Shown here: one piece after another, positions 50,254-59,113 of the stretch
Layout: each line of letters opens with the position of its first letter
Numbering within the stretch: the first letter of the stretch is position 1
NCBI GenBank assembly: GCA_028700415.1
Contig: JAQVSS010000001.1
Location: 955 to 64,954, forward strand
DNA length: 64,000 nucleotides
Origin: Kiritimatiellia bacterium
GTDB lineage: Bacteria; Verrucomicrobiota; Kiritimatiellia; RFP12; UBA1067
Direction: 5' to 3'
Notes under the pieces: model-generated
Database searches by the model: none
What the model was told of the DNA's origin: nothing
What the model saw: only the letters and a program-made list of their open reading frames with translations
Program-made: the position numbers and the translations under genes

Positions 50254-53223
50254 CTACTTTCCGGCCAGAACCAACTTGACGTGGTTGGCATAGGCGCCGC
50301 GCGGATCGTTGGCATAGGCGCGCAGCACTTTCCCGCCGCGGCCTTCAAAGTCGCCGAGCCGGTACAGGGCACGCGCGACCGCCAACTCACGCAGGCAGGC
50401 GGAACGCTCCTTGTCGCCTTCCCGGTTCGCATAGTTCGGGATCACCGGCAGCTTGGCCTGCATGGCGAACGCGTGCCCGCTCACGCCTTCTTTCGCAAGC
50501 AGCGCTCCCAGCACCGGCGCGGCCGACGTGTCACCGATCAGCTCCAGCGCCATCGCGACCGCGCGGAAATGCGAAAACTCATTCGTGGCGCTCAGCGACT
50601 GCGCTTTCTCAAACAGCGCCGGCAGCGCCAGCTTCGATTTGGCACGTCCGAGCGCAATCACATAACTGTCCACCCAGCTCACGCTGCGGTTGAACTGCCC
50701 CATGCCGCGGTAATTCCAGCCCGTGTCCCATGACAAGCCCTTCACCTTTTCGATCAATTCCTTCGCGCCGTCCGCCTGCCCCATCATGCCGAGCACGTGC
50801 GCGTAGACAAACCGCGCCCCGGGCGTGGGTGCTTTCGCGTAGGCGTCCTTGAGCTGCGGCAAGCTGCGCCCGTAGTCGGCCAGCACCACCGCGAGCCCCT
50901 GATAATTGTTCGTAAGCGTCGCGACCGCCCCGGCGAACGCGGCGTCCGGCAGCGGGAAAGAATCCTTCATGGCGAGCACCGCTTCCGGCACGATTCCCTT
51001 CTCGACCAGATGCCGTTGCAGCGCACGCATGTCCACGTTGCGCGCCGTCACGCCCGCTTTCACCGCCATGGCAGCCGCCGTACCCGCCGCATACCCCTGG
51101 TTCTGCACATCGGGCTGCATGCGGAGAATCGGCATGGCGTCGCGGTGCGCGCTGATGCCCAGCCCCGTCACCAGCAGCCCCTCCAGTTTCTTCGGCAGCA
51201 GACAGCGGTACGGCAGGTTCACTTTCATGCCCTTGTGCCCCGGATCTTCTATGAAAAACTGCTCATGCACCGTGTGCCCGTGCGAGTCGAAGTTGCTGAA
51301 CGGCTGCACCACCACGTCCGGATAGGTGCGCCCGTTCACCACGTCCAGCGGCGACATGAAGAACGCGCCGACCAGCCGACGCCGCTCTCGGCTGTTGATG
51401 ACCTGCGCCTGATCCCAGATACCCGCGCCCATGCTGCAACGCGAACGCAGCGCGAAAAAGCAGAGGTCGGCCGCATCGGTGTCGTCCAGAAACCCGATGT
51501 CCGTGTTCGTGTAGCTCGCGCCCATGTTGCGCGGCGTCTGTCCAACCCCCTGCAGCGCGACTTCGGCGGAGGTGATGAACTCGGTCTCCTCTCCCGCCAG
51601 CGCGGCCAGCTCGGCATTCCCCGTGCCGTCGATCGCGACCCTGCAGCGGATCACCCCGCGCCCGCCGTCCGGCGTCAGCACCACCACGCCGGTCAGGCGG
51701 CCGTTCTCGACGATCACGCCGTTCACCATGGTGCCGTACCACACCTCGGCCCCGGCCTTGCGGCTCTGGCTGCGGTACCACTCCGACTTGCACTGGGAGA
51801 AGACCGCACCGGTTTCCTTGACGCCTCTGTCGATCTCACAGGTGAAGCCCACCCGGTTACCCCAGTAGTAGAGGCCGATCAGTCCGTCGGTCTGCACGCC
51901 GCCCATCTGGTAAATGTATTCGCACACGATGGTCCTGACCCCCTGCCGCGCGGCCGCGATGCCCGCGGGAGCGCCGCCCGTGCCCGCGCCTGCGACCAGC
52001 ACCTCGCACTCGGCCAGCACCGGCAACTCGCGAGCTTCTGCCAGCACCGTGCCCGACGCATTGCTCAAATACGAGGGCAAGCCCTTGGCGTGTTCGCCGA
52101 CCGCCACGCCGGCGCGCGGCGCCAACAGATTCCCGCCGACGCGCACGTCTTTCACAGCGGGGCGCTGCGCCGCGACCTTGGCCGCTTCCACGCCAACCCG
52201 CTCGCCCAAAGCCATCAGGTTGCCGGGTTTCATCACCTGCTCCGCCGCCTGACGCGACACATCCGCCATGGCGCCGAGCACAAACAGATACTCCGTTCCA
52301 GCAGGCTGGAAGGCTTTCAGATCCAAAGCGTCCACTCCCTGCCACGGAGCCTGAGACGAGGCCTTGCCCGTGATGCGGTCCGGGGGAACCAGCGAAAGCG
52401 TGTCCGCCGACTCCAACTGCGAGGGCACAAAGGTTAAGTCGCGCGCCTTCTGTTCCGCCTCGGCGAAAGACCGCCCCGAACCGTCCTTCATCGGCAGATC
52501 GATCTCGCACATGAACATGCGGCCCCGAATCGTATCGGGCATGCCTTTGGGAGCTTTGATGCCGGTCACGCGAGCGTTGTAAAGCCCGAACAGTTCCTTG
52601 ACGCGCACGCCTTCGGCACGCGGGGCTTCCCCCGCCACCACCATGCGCGTAAACGTATACGTGCCTGCTGCGAACGGCGTGGCCTGCCCGCCCGCCGCAC
52701 GCGCCAACAGCCCGCGCTCCGTCGCGTCGATCACCACCTTGGCCCTGATGACCTGACGCCCGCTGCGGTTCGCGATCACGACGCCCGCGATTTTTCCGGA
52801 TGCGTCCCTCAACGGTTCAGTCGCGTGTGTGCCGGTCAGGAACGGGATGCCCGCGTTGAGCAGCGCCTCATCCAACGTTTTCTTCACCTTGAGCGGCGTA
52901 GTCCGGTCCGCCACATCCGCACCGGCCCCGGTGAACATCAATTTGGACAGCCCGCACCGCGTGTCCTCCTCGGCATCCATCCGCAAACGCAGTTTGCCGG
53001 CCATGTCCTCGCCCAAGTACGGGCGCGGCGCGGCCACGAACACCTTTGCGCCCGCTTCCGCCGCCTTGCGCGCCGCCGCCACGGCGCCGGAGGAGCCCCC
53101 GACCACCACGACATCCACATCCTGAACGAGCGGCAGCGTTTTCTCTTGCTCCACGATGCCGGCCGCAGCCGCACAAGCGAGGCAACCCGCCAAGGCACCA
53201 ACCGGCCATATTCCCTTTGACAT
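50254..53223 (-). CDS. large secreted protein with two tandem FAD-dependent oxidoreductase (PF12831-like) domains and a C-terminal helical region
   Basis: Two dinucleotide-binding motifs, VDVVVVGGSSGAVAAARKAAEAGAKVFV and CEVLVAGAGTGGAPAGIAAARQGVRTIV. Signal MSKGIWPVGALAGCLACAAA from the ATG at 53223, preceded by GGAGAAA. ORF track 50254..53256. Confidence 0.75.
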   Translation of the reverse strand: MSKGIWPVGALAGCLACAAAAGIVEQEKTLPLVQDVDVVVVGGSSGAVAAARKAAEAGAKVFVAAPRPYLGEDMAGKLRLRMDAEEDTRCGLSKLMFTGAGADVADRTTPLKVKKTLDEALLNAGIPFLTGTHATEPLRDASGKIAGVVIANRSGRQVIRAKVVIDATERGLLARAAGGQATPFAAGTYTFTRMVVAGEAPRAEGVRVKELFGLYNARVTGIKAPKGMPDTIRGRMFMCEIDLPMKDGSGRSFAEAEQKARDLTFVPSQLESADTLSLVPPDRITGKASSQAPWQGVDALDLKAFQPAGTEYLFVLGAMADVSRQAAEQVMKPGNLMALGERVGVEAAKVAAQRPAVKDVRVGGNLLAPRAGVAVGEHAKGLPSYLSNASGTVLAEARELPVLAECEVLVAGAGTGGAPAGIAAARQGVRTIVCEYIYQMGGVQTDGLIGLYYWGNRVGFTCEIDRGVKETGAVFSQCKSEWYRSQSRKAGAEVWYGTMVNGVIVENGRLTGVVVLTPDGGRGVIRCRVAIDGTGNAELAALAGEETEFITSAEVALQGVGQTPRNMGASYTNTDIGFLDDTDAADLCFFALRSRCSMGAGIWDQAQVINSRERRRLVGAFFMSPLDVVNGRTYPDVVVQPFSNFDSHGHTVHEQFFIEDPGHKGMKVNLPYRCLLPKKLEGLLVTGLGISAHRDAMPILRMQPDVQNQGYAAGTAAAMAVKAGVTARNVDMRALQRHLVEKGIVPEAVLAMKDSFPLPDAAFAGAVATLTNNYQGLAVVLADYGRSLPQLKDAYAKAPTPGARFVYAHVLGMMGQADGAKELIEKVKGLSWDTGWNYRGMGQFNRSVSWVDSYVIALGRAKSKLALPALFEKAQSLSATNEFSHFRAVAMALELIGDTSAAPVLGALLAKEGVSGHAFAMQAKLPVIPNYANREGDKERSACLRELAVARALYRLGDFEGRGGKVLRAYANDPRGAYANHVKLVLAGK

Positions 53224-53243
53224 ATTTTTTCCGTTTCTCCGCC

Positions 53244-53978
53244 TCAGCGCCGGCACTTGCCGAAAACCAGACGCCGCGCGGCCAGCAAAAACAGGTCGAA
53301 CAGCATGCGTCCACCGCTGGAGAAAACCTTCACCGTCGAGTGCCCGCTGTAATCCCAGTCGACGGGGACTTCCTCAACCCGATACCCCAAATCGCGCGCC
53401 AAGGCGATCATCTCCACGTCGAACGCGAACCGCCTTGTACGCAGCCGCCCAAAGACCTCTTTGGCCGGACCCGCGCGGAACAGCTTAAAGCCGCACTGCG
53501 TGTCGCGGATGCCCCGCACGCCCGCCGCACGCACAAGCAGGTTGAAAATCCGGCTCAGCACCCTGCGGTGCAACGGCGGCGGCCTGCCGATATGCGCGCC
53601 TCGCACGGCGCGCGAACCGCAGGCCATGTCTGCCCCCGCATCAACCGCGGCCTTCAGACGAAGCCAGTCTTCCAGCGGCGTCGAGAGATCCGCGTCGGAC
53701 ATCAGCACCAGATCCCCCTGAGCCGCCAACACGCCGGTCTTCACGGCATATCCCTTGCCCCGGTTAACAGGGTAACGGATCAACTGCAGCCGCGGCGTAC
53801 CGCCTTTTGAGATAAAGTCCCGGATGACCTCCGAACACGGGTCAGGCGAACCGTCATCGACAAAGATCGCGTCGGCCACCGCATGCTCCGACGCGTCCAC
53901 AAAAGCCGCCACCTTCTTCAACGACTCGGCGAGCCGCAGGTGCTCCTTATAAACAGGAATGACCAGAGTCAACCGCAT
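53244..53978 (-). CDS. family 2 glycosyltransferase (polyprenyl-phosphate sugar transferase-like)
   Basis: IPVYKE, FVDDGS, the DAD motif (MSDADLS), CGFKLF and a C-terminal membrane-proximal helix. 244 aa. Confidence 0.85.
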   Translation of the reverse strand: MRLTLVIPVYKEHLRLAESLKKVAAFVDASEHAVADAIFVDDGSPDPCSEVIRDFISKGGTPRLQLIRYPVNRGKGYAVKTGVLAAQGDLVLMSDADLSTPLEDWLRLKAAVDAGADMACGSRAVRGAHIGRPPPLHRRVLSRIFNLLVRAAGVRGIRDTQCGFKLFRAGPAKEVFGRLRTRRFAFDVEMIALARDLGYRVEEVPVDWDYSGHSTVKVFSSGGRMLFDLFLLAARRLVFGKCRR

Positions 53979-54024
53979 GTCCCATTCCCCATCTTTTTCC
54001 CGAAAAAGCCCTCGCCACCGCCGT

Positions 54025-56664
54025 CTATGCGCCGGTCAAGACGGCAAACGCCTCCCGGCTGTTTCTCGCCGCCAGCAAGGCCTCAAGCCGCTCACCCGCC
54101 AGCAGCTGCTTCAAAACCGCCTCGATCTCGCCATATGCCGCAGCCGCCGAAACCGGGTAAAGAACCATCACACAGACGCGGGGCGTCCCCCCCTGCGAAC
54201 CAGGCCCTTTCGCGCTGACGCCCAGCGCGGCGACCATCCGGTCCACACTCTGCGTCTGCACGGGAAACACCACGGCCGACTCGCCAATCGCGACGGGCGG
54301 GCGTTCCGAGGAAACCTGCACGTCTTTGCGGGCTTCCTCCAGCGAGCCAACAGTGCCGCTGCGCGTGCATAAGGCCAACAGCAGGGTCAAGACCTGTCCC
54401 CGCTCACTCGTGGGCAGGTCAAGCGCGATGCTTTGCCACGCCAGACAGTTGGCCAAGGCCGTCTGCCGGCCGCGCCGCGGCACTGCCCGCTCGGCCCCCG
54501 TCAGCACCCCAAACATGTCCTCCGGCGTGTCGCACGCCAACAGGTCGGCACGCCCCTGCTCGTCAAGCAACCGGCACAGCTCGGCAATGACCTGCAGCTG
54601 CGGCGTCCCCGCATGCTCAGGCGCCAACACCAGCACGACGATGCGGGTCGGGCGGCCATCGGCCGCGCCGAATTCCAGCCCCTCTTTTTTCAGCCCCACC
54701 GCGCAGACCAGTTGCCGCACGGCATCCGTCCGCGCATGAGGCATGGCAACGCCGTACTCCAATCCGGTGGAGAGGCTCTGCTCGCGGTCGAGCACCGCTT
54801 GAAGCGCACGCGCCCGGTCCGACACAAGCCCGTTTTCAAAAAGCGCATTCACCAACTCCGAAATGACGCCCTGCCGAGTCGTTGCCAAAAGCCGCGGCTT
54901 ACACGTCTCCGCCACAATCCGGTTACGCAGGACACCCGACGCGACGCCGCCCTTCACCTGGGAGGGCTGCATGCTTTTGCGCAGCAGCACATCGTCCAGC
55001 GGCCTGCGCAATTCACGCAAGCTTTGCTCCACGCCTGACGACAGCTCAAGCATCACCGTGTTCACCAGCGGGCGCTCGCGCTCGGAACACTCGAAGACGA
55101 CCTCGCCCTCGCGGCTATACAGGTGGATCACCTGCGTCTCCCGGCTGATCCGGTAGAGGGTCTCATGCCGGTTGAGCAGCTGCGCGTAGAACCCCTCGTC
55201 CTCAAAGATCTCCACCACCCGGCTCACCATCATCAGCGCCGCCTGGTGGGACTGGAATTGAAAAACGACCCGGACCGGATCAGGGAGCACATAGCGGCCA
55301 CGCATCCCGTTCCCGCCCCACATAAACAGCCGGTCGGTCAGAAACGGCATGCACACGCAGGAGGACGCCACCAGAAGGATCACCCCAAAAAGGAAGCCCT
55401 CCGGCAGCGCCACCACTCCCATCACCGCCGCCAACAGCGCCAGCGACAACCCGCCGCGCGGCAGCGTCACCACGCCCACACGCAAACACCCGAACGCGTT
55501 CAGCCCGGCCGTCGCCGCCGCCGCCGAACATCCCGCAAACTTCGCCAAAACCGCCGCGCCGGCAAACAGCGCGGCAGCGCCCAGCACCGCCTCGTTCGCC
55601 AGCAGGTTGGGGTTCAAACGCATACCCAGTGTCGCAAAACAGGCGGGCACCAGCACCATGCTGACGAAATCGAGCCGTTCGCGTATCTCATGCCGGAAAT
55701 CCGTGGATGAGAACGCGATGCCCATCACGTACGCTCCCGACATCACCGGCAACCCGCAGGTGCCCATCACGCCCCCCGCCATCAGCAGGCAGGCCGCCGA
55801 AACCACAAACGCCCGCGCATAATTTTTTTCCCGCATCGCCAACGCATTCATATGCCGGGCGATCGGGATACCGAAAAGCGCCACCGCACCAAATCCCAGC
55901 ACCGTCCGCACCACCATTTTCACGATCAGCACGCCGGAACTCTCAGTCCCCTGCGCCACCGCTTCAGCCACACCGGCGGCGACGGTGAAAAAAAGCAACC
56001 CCAAAACGTTATCGGTCATCGCCGCCGTAAACGCCACCGCTCCCGCAGGCGATTCCAGACGCTGCCGGGCCGCCAACATGCGGGCCAACACGCCCACAGA
56101 GGTTACCGACACCACCGTGCTGACCAGCAACGCCTGCGGCGCCACCCACGTCAGCGGGGTTCCCGTCAACGTTCCCGACACGCGCACCAGCACGGCAAGC
56201 ACCACCCCGAACGAGAAAAGGAAACCGCACAACCCCGCCGCAACGCCTCCCGCCGAATACCGCCGGACCTGGCGCAGGTCGGTGTCGAGCCCGGTCAGGA
56301 AAAAAAGCACAACCAGCGTGACCGTCATCACCCCGTTGAGCGGGCTTTGCGCAGCCAAAAGTCCGCCGACATCGCCCATCAGCCCGTCGGGGAAGAACGG
56401 CAAGGCCAACCCGCCCAACAGATACGGCCCGACCAACACACCCGCGGTCAGCTCACCCAACACCACCGGCAGATGCCCGCGCTCAAAGAGCGCGCCCCCG
56501 ACTTTGGCGGCGAAAACCAGGACCCCCAGTTGCAGGATGAACCGCGCGGACGACACGGTTATCGCCGGATGCGCCGCGCCCGCTTCACCGGCCCAAACGG
56601 CCGTCACGGGAAAGGCCAACGCGGCAAGGACAACCGCCATCTTTTTTATGCCCCGTGTGTGCAT
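54025..56664 (-). CDS. cation:proton antiporter (CPA/Na+-H+ exchanger family) fused to two C-terminal PTS EIIA-2 (PtsN-like) domains
   Basis: About 420-aa polytopic N-terminal region with CPA-type helices. Two EIIA-2-like blocks follow (LVNALFENGLVSD...GVAMPHARTD...RIVVLVLAP and LTLLLALCTRSGTV...AVVFPVQTQSV...VCVMVLYP). ATG at 56664, GTG at 56670. Confidence 0.8.
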   Translation of the reverse strand: MHTRGIKKMAVVLAALAFPVTAVWAGEAGAAHPAITVSSARFILQLGVLVFAAKVGGALFERGHLPVVLGELTAGVLVGPYLLGGLALPFFPDGLMGDVGGLLAAQSPLNGVMTVTLVVLFFLTGLDTDLRQVRRYSAGGVAAGLCGFLFSFGVVLAVLVRVSGTLTGTPLTWVAPQALLVSTVVSVTSVGVLARMLAARQRLESPAGAVAFTAAMTDNVLGLLFFTVAAGVAEAVAQGTESSGVLIVKMVVRTVLGFGAVALFGIPIARHMNALAMREKNYARAFVVSAACLLMAGGVMGTCGLPVMSGAYVMGIAFSSTDFRHEIRERLDFVSMVLVPACFATLGMRLNPNLLANEAVLGAAALFAGAAVLAKFAGCSAAAATAGLNAFGCLRVGVVTLPRGGLSLALLAAVMGVVALPEGFLFGVILLVASSCVCMPFLTDRLFMWGGNGMRGRYVLPDPVRVVFQFQSHQAALMMVSRVVEIFEDEGFYAQLLNRHETLYRISRETQVIHLYSREGEVVFECSERERPLVNTVMLELSSGVEQSLRELRRPLDDVLLRKSMQPSQVKGGVASGVLRNRIVAETCKPRLLATTRQGVISELVNALFENGLVSDRARALQAVLDREQSLSTGLEYGVAMPHARTDAVRQLVCAVGLKKEGLEFGAADGRPTRIVVLVLAPEHAGTPQLQVIAELCRLLDEQGRADLLACDTPEDMFGVLTGAERAVPRRGRQTALANCLAWQSIALDLPTSERGQVLTLLLALCTRSGTVGSLEEARKDVQVSSERPPVAIGESAVVFPVQTQSVDRMVAALGVSAKGPGSQGGTPRVCVMVLYPVSAAAAYGEIEAVLKQLLAGERLEALLAARNSREAFAVLTGA

Positions 56665-56684
56665 AGCCACCTTGTGCGGACTGT

Positions 56685-57347
56685 TTACCCATTCTGCCGA
56701 TTAATCAGCGCGGCGGCCACTCCCGCGCCAAACCCGTTGTCGATATTCACCACCGTCACGCCAGCGGCGCAGGAATTGAGCATGCCGAGCAAGGCGGCGA
56801 CCCCTTGGAAACTCGCGCCGTAGCCCACGCTGGTGGGCACAGCGATCACCGGTTTGTCGGTGAGCCCGCCCACCACGGACGGCAACGCGCCTTCCATGCC
56901 CGCCACCACCACAATCACCTGCGCATCCGCAAACCGATCCAGGCGCGAAAGCAGCCGGTGCAGACCTGCCACACCCACATCGAAAATTCGCTCGACCCGC
57001 GCGCCCAGCCGCTCCGCGGTCACTGCCGCCTCCTCCGCCACCGCGATATCGGAAGTCCCGGCGCAAAGCACCGCAACCTTTCCCGTCCGCATGGGCAGCG
57101 GAGCCACATCACACGTCAGGATCCGCGCGTCCGCCCGATAGACCGCCCCGGACAACTCCGCGCAGACGGCATCCGCCTGTTCCGGCGTCACACGCGTGGC
57201 AAAAGCGTTTTGCCCCGCCGCATTCAAGGCGCGCATGATGGCGGCGATCTGCCCCGCGGTTTTGCCCGCGCCGTAGATCACTTCCGGCATGCCCCGCCGG
57301 TGCTGGCGATCATAATCCGGTTTCGCAAAATGGAGGTCATCGTTCAT
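56685..57347 (-). CDS. larB: LarB (nickel-pincer nucleotide biosynthesis; PurE-like NaAD carboxylase/hydrolase) family protein
   Basis: [30 protein letters not shown]...[14 protein letters not shown]...[34 protein letters not shown]...[10 protein letters not shown]. Its ATG at 57347 forms an ATGA overlap with the stop of the upstream DUF4276 gene. Confidence 0.8.
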   Translation of the reverse strand: MNDDLHFAKPDYDRQHRRGMPEVIYGAGKTAGQIAAIMRALNAAGQNAFATRVTPEQADAVCAELSGAVYRADARILTCDVAPLPMRTGKVAVLCAGTSDIAVAEEAAVTAERLGARVERIFDVGVAGLHRLLSRLDRFADAQVIVVVAGMEGALPSVVGGLTDKPVIAVPTSVGYGASFQGVAALLGMLNSCAAGVTVVNIDNGFGAGVAAALINRQNG

Positions 57348-57910
57348 TGCGTTTCTTTTGGGAAAAATCGTTGGATGCCCGTCACCAAGGCATTGAAACT
57401 TTTGGATGTGTTGCGAGTCAGCGACAAATGAGGTGCAATGGAGCGCGAACCGGATATGTGCTGGTATTTTCCGCATGTCAATTTCTCAAGTTCGTCACTC
57501 GGATTAACGATCTCGTCAGGCACACGGTATTTCGCCTTGACCGCCGACCTTGAAAGATTGGTGATACAAAGGCCTTTTTCCACGGCGGACAAATCGCCGA
57601 AATAGAAACTTTCAAGTTCACGGCAGGCGATACGGACGAGAATGGGATGCTTCCCTGTTTCGCGGCACAACCGGTTCAGCCGCTCTTTAACTTCCGTACA
57701 CACGCTGGAATCCTGATCTCTCATGACGAGAAAAACTGAATCCGGGTTCTGCCAATTTCTTATTTTCCGCACCAGTTGTTTTTCCAAGTCCTGCTTACCC
57801 TCAAAAACAATATAAAACGGAGCGACCGCTTTGGGCAAAATTCTGGGCAAGACAACGGCCAGCAGGGCTTTTGCAGATTCCTCTTCCAAAAGGCAGACAA
57901 AGTGAGTCAT
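57344..57910 (-). CDS. DUF4276 family protein (Toprim-like; split OLD/AbiLii-like partner)
   Basis: 188 aa with an early Glu (CLLEEES) and a DxD-type acidic motif (VMRDQDSS), consistent with Toprim. 4-nt overlap with the upstream ATPase gene. Confidence 0.75.
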   Translation of the reverse strand: MTHFVCLLEEESAKALLAVVLPRILPKAVAPFYIVFEGKQDLEKQLVRKIRNWQNPDSVFLVMRDQDSSVCTEVKERLNRLCRETGKHPILVRIACRELESFYFGDLSAVEKGLCITNLSRSAVKAKYRVPDEIVNPSDELEKLTCGKYQHISGSRSIAPHLSLTRNTSKSFNALVTGIQRFFPKETQ

Positions 57911-59100
57911 TGAGGGTCAGCAGCTCCAAAGAATCCTTGTTTCCACAGGTACCCCATCTGGTCGCCATCCTCCATGTAGGCAGCGACCTGCTTGTTCTCT
58001 GAAGCACGTTGGATTTTTGTGTACCCCCCTTGTTTTTCCAGCCAGAAGACCTCGTCAAGCTTGGCCGCGTTCAGGAAATCGGGACTGTGGGTGGAAACGA
58101 AAACCTGTCCGCCCCGGTTCGCATAGGATCTGAACTCCTCGGCCAATTCGGCAAGCAGTTTGGGATACAACTGGTTTTCCGGTTCCTCCACGCACAACAG
58201 CGGATGGGGAGCCGGATCATGGAGCAGGATGAGATACGCCAACATCTTGATTGTTCCGTCCGAAACGTATCGTGCGAGGAAGGGGTCTTCAAAGGCACCG
58301 TCTCGGAAACGCAACAACACCCGCCCTTCCTCAGTCGTTTTGGCATCAACGGAAGATATTCCGGGAATCCGACGCTTCAAGGCTTCGAGAATCACGTCAA
58401 ATGTTTTCTTGTGACGCTGATAGAGATATTGCGTGACCAGCGACAGGTTCTCCCCTTCACGAGACAGGTGCTCCGCATATCCCGCCTCCTGTTCAGGTCG
58501 CGCCCGGCTGATGTGAAAATCGGAAACATGCCAATTCTCAATCAGTGTCCCGAGGGCGACAACGGCCGGGAATCGCTGGAACTGCGCGAGCCCTTTGACC
58601 GCGAGAATATCCTTAGACTTGAGCGTCTGCCGTTCACGTTGTAATTCACTCTCGTCGTGGAAAGAATCCAAATCCACTTCGTTGATGACGGCCTCACCCG
58701 TGCCGTTCGAAAAGTCCAGAAAATGCCACGGTTGCCCCCGTCGCCCCCGTCGGTATTTAAGAACCTCACGTTCGACAACGACTTCCCCCCTCGTCTGATG
58801 AATAGTCACCGCGTACGTAATCAACGGCGATTTAGGATTATCACGGAATTTCAGTTCGATTTCAATTGGTCCGTTGGTGCCCCGACTGACCACCTCCTCG
58901 AAACCGCGCGCACCCCCCAGTTTTGCAAGCGCGGTTGTCACATTGTCGGTTAATGCGTCTTTCAAAAAGCCGAACAGACTAAAGAGTGTGCTTTTGCCCG
59001 ACCCATTGGCACCGACAAGCACACAGAAACTCGGAATGTCACGCATTTCAACATCCCGGAATGCTCTAAAATTTTTCAGCCGGATGGCTTCGATTCTCAT
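57907..59100 (-). CDS. AAA family ATPase (ABC/OLD-like, AAA_21/AAA_15 type)
   Basis: MRIEAIRLKNFRAFRD...VLVGANGSGKSTLF Walker A, and the ABC-like Walker B/D-loop region LLCVEEPENQLYP...FVSTHSP. 397 aa. Confidence 0.85.
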   Translation of the reverse strand: MRIEAIRLKNFRAFRDVEMRDIPSFCVLVGANGSGKSTLFSLFGFLKDALTDNVTTALAKLGGARGFEEVVSRGTNGPIEIELKFRDNPKSPLITYAVTIHQTRGEVVVEREVLKYRRGRRGQPWHFLDFSNGTGEAVINEVDLDSFHDESELQRERQTLKSKDILAVKGLAQFQRFPAVVALGTLIENWHVSDFHISRARPEQEAGYAEHLSREGENLSLVTQYLYQRHKKTFDVILEALKRRIPGISSVDAKTTEEGRVLLRFRDGAFEDPFLARYVSDGTIKMLAYLILLHDPAPHPLLCVEEPENQLYPKLLAELAEEFRSYANRGGQVFVSTHSPDFLNAAKLDEVFWLEKQGGYTKIQRASENKQVAAYMEDGDQMGYLWKQGFFGAADPQ

Positions 59101-59113
59101 TTCGTTTACCCCT

